Positions 39,699 to 49,148 of a stretch of DNA of 64,000 nt are shown here, piece after piece. Both the position numbers and the translations under genes were made by a program. The DNA comes from Candidatus Adamsella avium (GTDB lineage: Bacteria; Cyanobacteriota; Vampirovibrionia; Gastranaerophilales; CAJFVJ01), in contig CAJFVJ010000001.1 in the NCBI GenBank assembly GCA_904420445.1, positions 352,744-416,743 on the forward strand. The letters are read 5' to 3'. The notes below the pieces were generated by a model. It was not told the origin of the DNA. It made no database searches and worked only from the letters and a program-made list of their open reading frames with translations. Every line of letters begins with the position of its first letter. Position 1 is the stretch's first letter.

Positions 39699-41720
39699 TT
39701 ATACTCCTTCTTGGGCAAATACATTTTTCTCATTATGTTCACAATCTGCGTATAAATTGGCATATTCATTACTATTTAAATACTCCTCAAGCCATTTTCT
39801 TTGTTCAGGATTGGTACAACCGTATTTCATTAACCATTCATATTTTTCATAATCAGCGTTAAATACTGGAATATTCATTTGCTGTTCCCGAAAGTTTAAT
39901 TTGCGTTTTAGTGGTGTTTTAGTCTGTTCAAATTTTTCAATTTCAATAACTTCTTCCTGTTCAATCTCTATAGCTTCTGCTTTTTCTTTAGGGAAATACT
40001 TTAAGAACTCTTTTTTCACTCTCTTAAATCTGCGTTGCTGTTTTTGTATTTGTTGCTTAAATTGTTCCATATCTTTTACTGTTCCTAAATGATTTGCCAT
40101 TGGATGAACTTTTTCAACTTGTCTTGCGATACATAAAAATTCACCTTTTATTGAATATACAAGGACTTTTGAAAGGTCAAACAAACTGTATTTTATAAAT
40201 ACTTTTTCTCTTAAATCCAATAAATAATCACTCCTATAATGCATTCCAAGAAATGTTATTCCATGCTTATTTATCGTTCTTGCCTCAGTTTTCATCATTA
40301 AATCATTTAAAATATTTTTATCGATTTGATGGCGTTGAACACTGTTTAAACATTGTTTAATTGATATTTGAGGAGCGTTCGGACAAGGTTTTGAATTGTG
40401 AAAATCTAACCAACAATCAATGTATTTTATTAATTCTTGTATAGTTGGAATGTAATTATTGGAGAGTTTTTTATGCATATCTCTATGGAGTTTTTCTCCT
40501 CGTTTCATCCAAGCCGGTTTATTTTCAATACTTGTTCCTATATAACTTGTCATCATTTTTTCAAACTCTTCTTGAAATTCAAGGAAGAATCTTTCAATAA
40601 CTTTTGCTCTAGCATTGTAGGGTTTTGCAAAAACTGATTTTATTCCAAGTTTTGCATAAATTCCATTAAATCCTGCTTCATCAAAATCTATATTTTGGAA
40701 ATATTTTGCTTTAAATGCTTTTCCGTTATCTTGATAAACTACTTTAGGAACCACGCCGAGATTTAAAATAGAATTTCTTAATGCACTTGCTATGCATTGA
40801 GTATTTTCACTCATCATAATTTCATATCCGACTAATGCTGTTGATTTCCAATCTAAAAAGCCGACCAAAGTTGCTCTGGTCGGCTTTCCTGTAAATGGAT
40901 TAATTATTTGAAAATTAAGAACATGTCCATCAGCTATCAAAACATCTCCTACTTCAATTTTAGAAATATCTCGTTCTATATACGGTTCAATTTTATCGTG
41001 ATATGCTTTTTCACCTTCTCTAAATAAAATCCACTTTGAATAATTGTTTTTCTTAAAATTCTCCACAAATCTTCTGAATGTTAGATTACATGGAATATTT
41101 TCATATCCTCGCTTTTCTAGAATATGTTTTGTTAAATTTATAGCTTTTCCGATACTAAATTTATTCGGGTGTAACAAATATTTCAAAAATATCTGTTTCA
41201 TTTCATCATTCAAAATCGTATTATATTCACCTTGTTTATTAGTTTTGCGTTTTTGTAGAAGTCCGTCCGTTCCATAATTTTCAAATGTCTTTACCCAACG
41301 ATGAAGTGTACCTATAGAAATTGAACCTACAAACTTATATATTTGTGGTAAATACATTCCGCTATTGTATAAATCTAAAAATACTGAATCAGCCTCTTTT
41401 TTAGTCGAATATTTTTTACGGAGATTATATAAGGCAGTTACTATATCCACTCTTGCAAGTGCTGTTAATCTTGCATTTTCTGATACAAAATTCACCTTGT
41501 TTTCAAACGGAACAATTGCTGTTGTTTTTAATTCTTCTTCATCTAATCTATCTTGTATCTCAGGTTCTAATGAAGAATAAAGAATTTCATACGATTTCCC
41601 GCCTCTTACTTCAACTTCTCTTGCAATATACTTACCTTGGTTAATTGCAAGTCTTATCGAACGGGTACTTTTTAAGCCTTTTAATTCTGCGATTTTATTA
41701 ATACTTATATAATCGTCCAT
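39699..41720 (-). CDS. MuA-like DDE transposase (copy 1)
   Basis: I-alpha-like N-terminus (ISINKIAELKGL..RSIR...RGGKSYEI..SSL); IADGH / YQDNGKAF / AKVIERFF triad. Confidence 0.92.
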   Translation of the reverse strand: MDDYISINKIAELKGLKSTRSIRLAINQGKYIAREVEVRGGKSYEILYSSLEPEIQDRLDEEELKTTAIVPFENKVNFVSENARLTALARVDIVTALYNLRKKYSTKKEADSVFLDLYNSGMYLPQIYKFVGSISIGTLHRWVKTFENYGTDGLLQKRKTNKQGEYNTILNDEMKQIFLKYLLHPNKFSIGKAINLTKHILEKRGYENIPCNLTFRRFVENFKKNNYSKWILFREGEKAYHDKIEPYIERDISKIEVGDVLIADGHVLNFQIINPFTGKPTRATLVGFLDWKSTALVGYEIMMSENTQCIASALRNSILNLGVVPKVVYQDNGKAFKAKYFQNIDFDEAGFNGIYAKLGIKSVFAKPYNARAKVIERFFLEFQEEFEKMMTSYIGTSIENKPAWMKRGEKLHRDMHKKLSNNYIPTIQELIKYIDCWLDFHNSKPCPNAPQISIKQCLNSVQRHQIDKNILNDLMMKTEARTINKHGITFLGMHYRSDYLLDLREKVFIKYSLFDLSKVLVYSIKGEFLCIARQVEKVHPMANHLGTVKDMEQFKQQIQKQQRRFKRVKKEFLKYFPKEKAEAIEIEQEEVIEIEKFEQTKTPLKRKLNFREQQMNIPVFNADYEKYEWLMKYGCTNPEQRKWLEEYLNSNEYANLYADCEHNEKNVFAQEGV

Positions 41721-41832
41721 ACATACAGATTAACTCTGAAGTCGGAAAGGTGTTCCTTTTTTCCTTCTTTTGTATCATTAGGACATAATTTTATTCTATA
41801 TACGAACCGGACTTTATTTACTTAAAATGTCA

Positions 41833-42126
41833 AATAATCGTTTTATCCGTACAAATTAGATTATGAGGGCGGAATAGGCTATAACATTGGTTTTAAAATA
41901 GAAAAATTAAGACAATTCTTGGACAGTAATCAGACAATCAAGACCAGTAAAAGACCATTTTGTAACATATAAAACGATTACTTCCGACCGCTAAAGGTCA
42001 AACACAAAGCCAACTTTGCCGAATAATCTTTTTATGCGTGCAGATAAAATGTCCCGTTAAATTACACTGTTTTTTCAAGCTGGTCGAAATACACAGACTT
42101 TTTTTAAATAATCAAATATCCGTACA
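41833..42126. repeat. Putative transposase-binding sites at the element right end
   Basis: TGTACGGATAAAACGATTATT-like motif on the minus strand at 41833-41853, 42022-42042 and 42107-42126, and inverted at 41961-41982. Confidence 0.7.
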
Positions 42127-42137
42127 AGCCGAAAATC

Positions 42138-42222
42138 CGGAGAGGGAGGGATTCGAACCCTCGGTGGGTTACCCCACACAGACTTTCGAGATCCGCACCT
42201 TAAACCACTCGGACACCTCTCC
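42138..42222 (-). tRNA. tRNA-Ser(CGA)
   Basis: GGAGAGG/CCTCTCC acceptor stem, loop CT-CGA-AA, long variable arm, GGTTCGAATCC. Confidence 0.95.
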
Positions 42223-42265
42223 AGCAAACAAAAATATTTTAGCACAATCAAAATTGAAATATAAT

Positions 42266-42529
42266 TTAGTTTAAGAGTTCTTTCAGCCTATCTGATTTGT
42301 AGAGTGCTTCGAGATTGTCATAACCTCCGACGTAGTTTCCGTTGATGATAATCTGCGGAACGGTTGATATCCCCGGTTGATTGTATTTTTCAGACAGGTT
42401 TTTGCACATCTCGTCAAAAGAATCTTCGACGTTATGTTCTTCATAAGCAAGCCCTAAAGAGGTAAGCAATTTTTTTGCCCTCATACAATACGGGCATGTT
42501 TGTGTTGTGTAGATTTCAATTTTGTTCAT
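42266..42529 (-). CDS. Glutaredoxin (CPYC)
   Basis: TCPYC, TVPQI, GGYD; GGAG RBS before ATG 42529. Confidence 0.9.
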   Translation of the reverse strand: MNKIEIYTTQTCPYCMRAKKLLTSLGLAYEEHNVEDSFDEMCKNLSEKYNQPGISTVPQIIINGNYVGGYDNLEALYKSDRLKELLN

Positions 42530-42573
42530 TGTTTTTTCTCCGTAATCTTTGACCATGTTAGCATATAAGTCTT

Positions 42574-43476
42574 TTATCGACAATCACCCGTGCATTCATT
42601 ATCAATTGTCTTCCCGAACAGGAGCCTCAGTCCGCCCATTCTTTTTTGGAGGGTTTTTGAAATTCCGCAGGTTATTTCGTTGAGGTTTTTCAGTATGCTG
42701 TTTGTCTGGTTGATTGTGCAGTCAACTTTGGGCATTGTTTGGTTTAAAGAAGAGGAGAGGGTGTTTATGTTTTTGCTTAACTCTTCCACGTTTTGGGAGG
42801 TTATATCAATGCTTGATGTTGTGTTGTCAAGTTTTTGGCTGCTCAGCGAGCGGTTGAATTTGTTTGTCATATTTTCTATGTTTTGAGAAGTACGGGCGAT
42901 GTTCGAGGTTGTCGTTTTGATATTTGTACGGTTCTCGTTCAGGGTTGCTTGTACGGTTGAAATTAGCTGTGATAATTCGTTCGTCGCTGTTTGCAGATTT
43001 TCAATTGTTTCATTGAGGTTGTCTTTCAACTGGTCAAGTGACTCAGGTTCCTGGCTTGCAAAGTATGATTCGATATCTACTGTTGCCTTGCCCGCTATAA
43101 TATCACCGTTTTTCAGAAGATATTCAGATGGTTTTTCAGGGTAGATGAGTTCGAGAAAGTCAATTTTCCGGTCATGGTGTTTTTCCCGTTTTAGTTTGAT
43201 TGTTATGTTATAAGGAAGTTTTAAATCCTGCGGGTGAAGGGCTATTTTGACTAGAGTGGTTTTATAATCTTTATCAGGCATGACTTTGATGGTGTGTCCG
43301 ATTTCAAAACCGTTGTAAAACACCTCTAGTTTTTCCCTAAACGGGCGCAGGTTATCAAACTGAACCGTTATATAGGTGTAGTTCAATATTTGATAGATAT
43401 ATACCCCGAGAAAAATTATTATTCCTATCAGCAAAAGCAGGAATAAAGTCTTGTATTTTGAGAGAAATTGTTTCAT
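42574..43476 (-). CDS. MlaD/MCE-family protein
   Basis: N-terminal TM, V.YNGFEIG MCE-like segment, long helical region. Confidence 0.7.
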   Translation of the reverse strand: MKQFLSKYKTLFLLLLIGIIIFLGVYIYQILNYTYITVQFDNLRPFREKLEVFYNGFEIGHTIKVMPDKDYKTTLVKIALHPQDLKLPYNITIKLKREKHHDRKIDFLELIYPEKPSEYLLKNGDIIAGKATVDIESYFASQEPESLDQLKDNLNETIENLQTATNELSQLISTVQATLNENRTNIKTTTSNIARTSQNIENMTNKFNRSLSSQKLDNTTSSIDITSQNVEELSKNINTLSSSLNQTMPKVDCTINQTNSILKNLNEITCGISKTLQKRMGGLRLLFGKTIDNECTGDCR

Positions 43477-43529
43477 AACCAAGACATTAAATTCTCCATC
43501 AAATGGAGTCTATTCCCCGGGTGGTGAGT

Positions 43530-44204
43530 TTAGTGTTTTTCCTGTTTATTGAAGAGGTTAAAATTTAGTTTTTTGTTATGAATATTAATTTCAAGAGCAG
43601 GGAACATCTCGTTGTTTGCTTTGAAGTGTGAGAAAACAAATCTGCGGGGATATTTTGCTTCGAAGAGTCCTCTTATGAGTTCGTCCTGTTTGTATCTCTC
43701 AAATTGATATTTGTAAAATTCTTCATCTGTGTCATTCAGCAGCATAAAAGTTTTTCTTTTGAACCATGGTTTCTCTATGTCAAGTTTATTATCTTTCAGC
43801 TCTGAGATTTTGATTATGTCAACATCAGGGAAGTATTGTTCGACTTGCTCTTGAGATAGTTCTTTTTTGTTGATTTTCTGGTTCGAAAAAGTCAATTCAT
43901 AGAACTTCAGCTTGTGGGCGTTGTATCCTATGAGTTTGTTTCCATCAAGAAATTCGTAGGTTGTACCGGTGTCATAGAGATTGCCTCTGTAAGCAAACAC
44001 AGAGAAGCTGCCTGTTCCTGTTGTTATATATTTTTTGAAATGTATATCTCTGAAAGATTTGTCTTTTGACCATTTTGCGCTTTTTTGCTCATAAAATATT
44101 TTATCTCCTGCCGATAAGCCGTCTTTAACATTTTGTTTGTATTCATAGGCATAAGCAGGCAGCATGATACACATCATCAGTAATACAAGAAGAAACTTTT
44201 TCAT
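43530..44204 (-). CDS. Secreted hypothetical protein
   Basis: Signal peptide MKKFLL...PAYA. Confidence 0.7.
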   Translation of the reverse strand: MKKFLLVLLMMCIMLPAYAYEYKQNVKDGLSAGDKIFYEQKSAKWSKDKSFRDIHFKKYITTGTGSFSVFAYRGNLYDTGTTYEFLDGNKLIGYNAHKLKFYELTFSNQKINKKELSQEQVEQYFPDVDIIKISELKDNKLDIEKPWFKRKTFMLLNDTDEEFYKYQFERYKQDELIRGLFEAKYPRRFVFSHFKANNEMFPALEINIHNKKLNFNLFNKQEKH

Positions 44205-44469
44205 AATTCCCGATACCTCTTTGTTTGTATTGAAATTATTTTAGCATATTCATTTTTGTTTTTTACCCAGTTTTATGCCCGAGAGAAAGAGTTCCATTTT
44301 GTCGACCGCTGCATCGTCGTTGAATACATCAAGTGCAAGTTTGATAAAATCAAGATACTGTTTGTTGTCGGACACGGTTTTTTAGAGCAGGTATTTTCAC
44401 TGAAAAATTTCTGCGGATACAAATTTGTGTGTATTTTAGGTATAAAGATGAAAATCAAAAATCAGTGAT

Positions 44470-45378
44470 TTACTTCAACTGTTTTTTCATATCGTTTCTG
44501 ACATCAGATAGCGGTCCGTTGTTTGGAGCACGCAGGTTATTGTAATATTTCTTTGCATATGTGAACGGGAACTTCGGTATCCATCCGAGTTTGATAAAGA
44601 TTGATACTGTTTCAGCTCCCTGTGACAACATCAGCTCGTCAATGGTTTCTTCATAAGCCGGTGAGATTGATGAGAAGATTTTCAGTGTATAATCAGCCAG
44701 CGTCAATGCCGAATAACCTGATATTACCCCTGTGTTGGCAATCAGGTGTGTGACTTTGTAGTCTTTATTATCAACGGTAATTTTGTGAACACCTTCGGGG
44801 AGGATAATTTCGTCCTCAGCGAGACGTTCTATTTCGTACCATTCGCCGTCGTATTTTATTCTCATCGTTTTTGGCGTCGGCATATAGATGTCGTCGTATT
44901 CATTTTTCAAAAGAATTTTGCCTGTTTCATCCGATATCCCGTATTTATAATCCTTGCAGGTCAGGAACATGCGCCCGAACAACGGGTCAATTTTTGTGTA
45001 TTCGGGGGCAATTACAACTTCACCCTTCTGGTTATACAATCCGAAATCCTTGTCGTTTCCCAGTTTGACATATTCGCCGAAAACTCTTTCGACATGTCTG
45101 TATTTTGGTTTTATCAAATAGTTTCCTGATGAGTCCATGAGTCCGAATTTACTTTTTCTCTGGATAATCCAGGATGTATTCCCGAGGCGTATTATTTTTT
45201 TGTATTGCGGTTCGACAACAACGTTGCCCTGTTTATCTTTCAGACCGAATAATCCGTCTTCATCAGAGAACACCTCAACATCAGACATTTGAAGCACGGG
45301 TTTTTGGTCTTCGATTGCCTGTGCCGGCGTTTGCAAAATAAAAATTAATAAGCTTAAAAACAATAAAATCTTTTTCAT
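44470..45378 (-). CDS. WG (KWG) repeat protein
   Basis: Signal peptide; repeated FGL.D..G..V..P.Y units. Confidence 0.8.
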   Translation of the reverse strand: MKKILLFLSLLIFILQTPAQAIEDQKPVLQMSDVEVFSDEDGLFGLKDKQGNVVVEPQYKKIIRLGNTSWIIQRKSKFGLMDSSGNYLIKPKYRHVERVFGEYVKLGNDKDFGLYNQKGEVVIAPEYTKIDPLFGRMFLTCKDYKYGISDETGKILLKNEYDDIYMPTPKTMRIKYDGEWYEIERLAEDEIILPEGVHKITVDNKDYKVTHLIANTGVISGYSALTLADYTLKIFSSISPAYEETIDELMLSQGAETVSIFIKLGWIPKFPFTYAKKYYNNLRAPNNGPLSDVRNDMKKQLK

Positions 45379-45432
45379 AATAGAATAATATCATAAAATT
45401 AATTATGTTATAATAACAACTGGGAATTTAGT

Positions 45433-48207
45433 ATGAAAAAATCAATAAAAATTTTAATAAGTCTGGTCGTTCTGTTTGTTATCTTACTGGGACTGCTTGC
45501 GGGGATTTATCTCAAGGTGCTGCCGGGAGCTGTTTCGAACAAACATATGATAAGTCTTGTTCAACGCTCGCTGCATAAAGCGGCAGGTCTTGATTTAACG
45601 GTGAAAAATCCCGTGTTAAAGACAGCTCTGTCTCCTGATGTTTCTTTTTCGGTTGATGAGCTTTCTTTGCTGAAGAAAAAAGAAACTCTCCTTTCTGTCA
45701 AAAAATTTGATGCGGCAATTTCTTTTGAAGAAATTTTTCAAAAAAGAATAGTTGTTGACAGGCTGGGAGCTGATTATATCTTTGCCGATTTGAACAAATT
45801 GAGCGAGCTGTCTTTCTCCGGGAGCAAAAAAGAAAAGAAGAAAAGCGGGTGGTTTGTTGACCTGTTTGATTCTCTTCTTTATGTCAAAGAATGCATAATC
45901 ATATTTGACCCTGCAGAAGATATGAAAATCAGAATAGCGGGCAAAGACCTTGCAATCACAGACACCAGAAACCCCAAGTTTGTTCATTTCAAGCTTGCTG
46001 TTTATGTTGAGAAAAACAAAGAAAAATTTTTCATGACAATCGCCGATAAAAACAGGGTTTATACAAAAAATCGTAAACTCCATATCGACGATGTCGAACT
46101 CAGCATAAACAAATCTAAAGTTCTGATTAACTCGACTCTCGCACAGGGCAAAAAGTTTGATGTCAAAGTTCACTCAAAGAATTTTAATATTCAAAATATC
46201 GTCGGTTTGCTGTCGTCAAATCTTATTATTGGCAACGGTGAAGAGCTGATGTCTTTGTTTGATGATATCAAAGGAGATTTTGATTTCTATGTAAATCTCT
46301 CAAACGACGGAATAAAAGGTCGTGTTGACCTCCAAGACCTTGCATTGAAGGTTATTATGGTGAATAATATCCCGATATTCCTTACTCAGGGGTATCTTGA
46401 TATTCAGGATGATACCGTTTTTGTAAAGGATTTCAAAGGGTATTACGGGAAAAATAAGAAAAATACAATAGAGTTTGCAGGTACAATCAAAGACTATATG
46501 AAGTCTTTTGATACGGATATCAAGGCAAAAGCTCTTGCGACAAAAGAGTTTACGAATGATTATCTGACAAAGATGGTAGGTTATCCAATAGAGCTTGTCG
46601 GAGAGGCGCCAACGTTGATTCCGATAAAGATGAAAAACAACAAGATTGATTTGTCGGTTATGTTCAAACTCGAACATGGCGAAGACATCCTTGTCGGCGG
46701 GTCATCGCTCAGCCCTGTGAATTATGACAGAGCGTTCAAGGCTGATTTGGGACTTGTCGGAACAAACCTTGAGATAAAGACAATTGACTATTACATCGCA
46801 TCTGTTATTGACAGAAACAGCAAGATAAAACCTATTTTGCGTGTATTCGGCAATATGGATGTTGCTACGCTTAACATAAAAAATCTCGGCTTTGAGATTC
46901 CAAAACCTCTGCCGAGCGAATTTTTGAACGTGCTTATCGGGCAGAAGGTCTTCAAAAGCGGGACGATAGCGGGTTATCTCCAGATGGTAAATACGGGTAA
47001 ATATCCTGTCCTTGACGGTCATCTTGCAATGAACAAAGTTCGTGTTCCGAGCCAGCGACTTTTTATAAACGACGGCCAGCTGAAGACAAACTCAAAGACA
47101 GTTCATCTGAATATATTCGGAAAATATAAAAAGTCTGATTATAAATTCACCGGTGATATAGCAAATGCAATGGTTCTGCCCGTTGTGGTGAAGGATATTC
47201 ACCTTACGGTTGATAATATTGATATTGATAGAATATTGAAATCATTCAACAGCCAGAATCCGAATGAAATTACTGCGCAGACAAATGCAGCGGAGATGTT
47301 TGCTTCAACTGAAGAAAATGAAGCAAAGAGCGATGATGAAGTTACTTTCAACACGGGTTTGATTGTTATTGAACGCTGTATACTTGAGGTGGTCAAGGGG
47401 ACTTATAAACAAATTAACTTCGGTAATGTCAAGGCTAATATGACTCTTGATAAAAACGGTATTTTGCAGATTCATTCAAACAGATTTGATATTGCGGAGG
47501 GTATTTCTTCGCTGAAAGTTTTATGTGATTTGAAAAAACATGAATACAGTATAAAACTCGGCATAAAAGATGTGAACTCGGATACTATGGCGACATCTCT
47601 TCTTGCATTGCCGAGAGAAATCTCAGGTAAAGCAAGCGGGCTGATTATGCTCAACACGGATGATTCACTCAAACTTAACGGGCTGATAAAATTTGCAATT
47701 AAAAACGGAACTATCGGCAAAATAGGGCTTGTTGAGTATGCTCTCAAGTTTGCTTCATTGTTCAGAAATCCGATGGCGATGATTAGCCCTGCAACACTTG
47801 TTGATTTAGTGAACGTTCCTGAGGGGAACTTTGATAAAATTAACGGTGACCTAGAATTGAAGGATAACGTTGTCGAAAAAATAATGATTAAATCATCGGC
47901 GCCTCAACTCAGTTCGTTTATTGTAGGGAGATTTGATTTGGAAACACGTGATGCCACGTTGAGAATTTATACCAAATTTTCGAACAGGAATAAAGGTGTT
48001 GCGGGATTTTTGAGAAATTTCTCTCTCAACAGTCTTGCAAACAGAGTTCCTCTTAGCAGCAGGAATGACAGCAACTATTATGCAGCAGAGCTTGCGCTTC
48101 TGCCTCCGATTGATGCTGATGAGAAAGATTGTCAGGTATTTTTGACAAAAGTTGACGGCGATGTTGAGAAAAACAACTTCCTGTCTTCTTTGAAGAGAAT
48201 AAAATAG
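45433..48207 (+). CDS. AsmA-like family protein
   Basis: 924 aa, N-terminal anchor, beta-rich, AsmA-like C-terminus (NGTIGK..FDKINGDLEL..G.FDL). Confidence 0.65.
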   Translation: MKKSIKILISLVVLFVILLGLLAGIYLKVLPGAVSNKHMISLVQRSLHKAAGLDLTVKNPVLKTALSPDVSFSVDELSLLKKKETLLSVKKFDAAISFEEIFQKRIVVDRLGADYIFADLNKLSELSFSGSKKEKKKSGWFVDLFDSLLYVKECIIIFDPAEDMKIRIAGKDLAITDTRNPKFVHFKLAVYVEKNKEKFFMTIADKNRVYTKNRKLHIDDVELSINKSKVLINSTLAQGKKFDVKVHSKNFNIQNIVGLLSSNLIIGNGEELMSLFDDIKGDFDFYVNLSNDGIKGRVDLQDLALKVIMVNNIPIFLTQGYLDIQDDTVFVKDFKGYYGKNKKNTIEFAGTIKDYMKSFDTDIKAKALATKEFTNDYLTKMVGYPIELVGEAPTLIPIKMKNNKIDLSVMFKLEHGEDILVGGSSLSPVNYDRAFKADLGLVGTNLEIKTIDYYIASVIDRNSKIKPILRVFGNMDVATLNIKNLGFEIPKPLPSEFLNVLIGQKVFKSGTIAGYLQMVNTGKYPVLDGHLAMNKVRVPSQRLFINDGQLKTNSKTVHLNIFGKYKKSDYKFTGDIANAMVLPVVVKDIHLTVDNIDIDRILKSFNSQNPNEITAQTNAAEMFASTEENEAKSDDEVTFNTGLIVIERCILEVVKGTYKQINFGNVKANMTLDKNGILQIHSNRFDIAEGISSLKVLCDLKKHEYSIKLGIKDVNSDTMATSLLALPREISGKASGLIMLNTDDSLKLNGLIKFAIKNGTIGKIGLVEYALKFASLFRNPMAMISPATLVDLVNVPEGNFDKINGDLELKDNVVEKIMIKSSAPQLSSFIVGRFDLETRDATLRIYTKFSNRNKGVAGFLRNFSLNSLANRVPLSSRNDSNYYAAELALLPPIDADEKDCQVFLTKVDGDVEKNNFLSSLKRIK

Positions 48208-48221
48208 TTTTTGCAGAGAAA

Positions 48222-48254
48222 AAATAAGCACCGGTAACAACGGTGCTTATTTTT
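48222..48254. terminator. Bidirectional terminator
   Basis: AAAATAAGCACCG...CGGTGCTTATTTT. Confidence 0.75.
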
Positions 48255-48267
48255 GTTTGCGGAATTT

Positions 48268-48702
48268 TTATTTTTTGAAGTTGTAGACTCCTGTTTTTGC
48301 TATGACCATGCCTGCGTCAGTGCCTGTAAAATGAACAATGTCAGGTTTGTTTGATGTGCCGAAGTCGAGGTAAATCAATTTCTCGTCTTTTGACGGGTTT
48401 GAAATGACATGCGAGCCGTTTTCATTTGCAGGGAAGCAGATTGCATCTCCTGTTTTCAGGTTTATATCTCCTTTCGGGGTTTTGACAACAGCTTGCCCGC
48501 TGATAATATAGAAAACTTCTTCGTTTTCTTCATGATAATGGTATCCGTAAGCATAGTTCCCCGGCTCTACCTCAACAAAATTTGCCTGACATTTGTCTGT
48601 CTGTGATTGAGGGATAATGGTTTTTACCTCAAAAGAGTTGCCGTTTTGAGAGTTTATCTCAGGTGTGATATCTTTGTAGTTTTTTACAATAATTTCTTTC
48701 AT
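48268..48702 (-). CDS. Cupin domain protein
   Basis: YHYHEENEEVFYIISG, GDAICFPA...H. Confidence 0.88.
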   Translation of the reverse strand: MKEIIVKNYKDITPEINSQNGNSFEVKTIIPQSQTDKCQANFVEVEPGNYAYGYHYHEENEEVFYIISGQAVVKTPKGDINLKTGDAICFPANENGSHVISNPSKDEKLIYLDFGTSNKPDIVHFTGTDAGMVIAKTGVYNFKK

Positions 48703-48827
48703 AAGAACATCTCCTTTTGTTTTCTACAATGTTATGTTATATTGCTTGCAGTAATAAAGTAAAGTAGACACTTTTTTGTAATGCAGTATTAAAAAAGTAA
48801 CTATTGTGAAAATAAAGGATTTTGTCG

Positions 48828-49148
48828 ATGATTGAAAGTAAAGATTTGCCGCCATGCCCTGTTCAAATTGTCTTAAAAATGATAGGCAACAAGTGGAAGA
48901 TATTGATTATAAGAGATTTGCTGACAGGAACAAAGAGATTTAAAGAGCTGCAAAGAAGCGTTGGATGTTCACAAAAAGTGCTGACAGAAAATTTGCGGGA
49001 ACTCGAGCAGCACGGGCTTGTTAACAGGCAGGTGTACGCTGAGGTTCCGCCGAGAGTAGAATATTCTTTATCTCCACTTGGAAAGACTCTGTCGCCGGTT
49101 CTTGATGCTATGGCGCAATGGGGTGAGTATTACAGAAGTATTGTTTAG
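48828..49148 (+). CDS. HxlR-family transcriptional regulator
   Basis: CPV..L..IG.KWK, KVLTENLRELE, EVPPRVEYSL. Confidence 0.92.
   Translation: MIESKDLPPCPVQIVLKMIGNKWKILIIRDLLTGTKRFKELQRSVGCSQKVLTENLRELEQHGLVNRQVYAEVPPRVEYSLSPLGKTLSPVLDAMAQWGEYYRSIV

Larger units (their letters stand above)
21041..42126. mobile_element. AT-rich island / MuA-type transposable element(s) next to tRNA-Ser(CGA); left boundary approximate
   Basis: Compositional shift; two DDE transposases and an ATPase; TGT terminus at 42126 with repeated motifs; defence and efflux cargo. Confidence 0.75.

Noticed and set aside
41697-41777. 26-codon upstream ORF overlapping the transposase 1 start
   Set aside because: No clear RBS and too short to support without conservation data.
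35954-42126. Canonical Tn7 or CAST
   Set aside because: No recognisable TnsA, TniQ/TnsD, cas gene or CRISPR array; the transposase N-termini are MuA-like.
21041-42126. Intact prophage or integrase-type island
   Set aside because: No capsid, portal, tail, lysis, or tyrosine/serine integrase gene, and I saw no duplicated tRNA 3' end at the left boundary.
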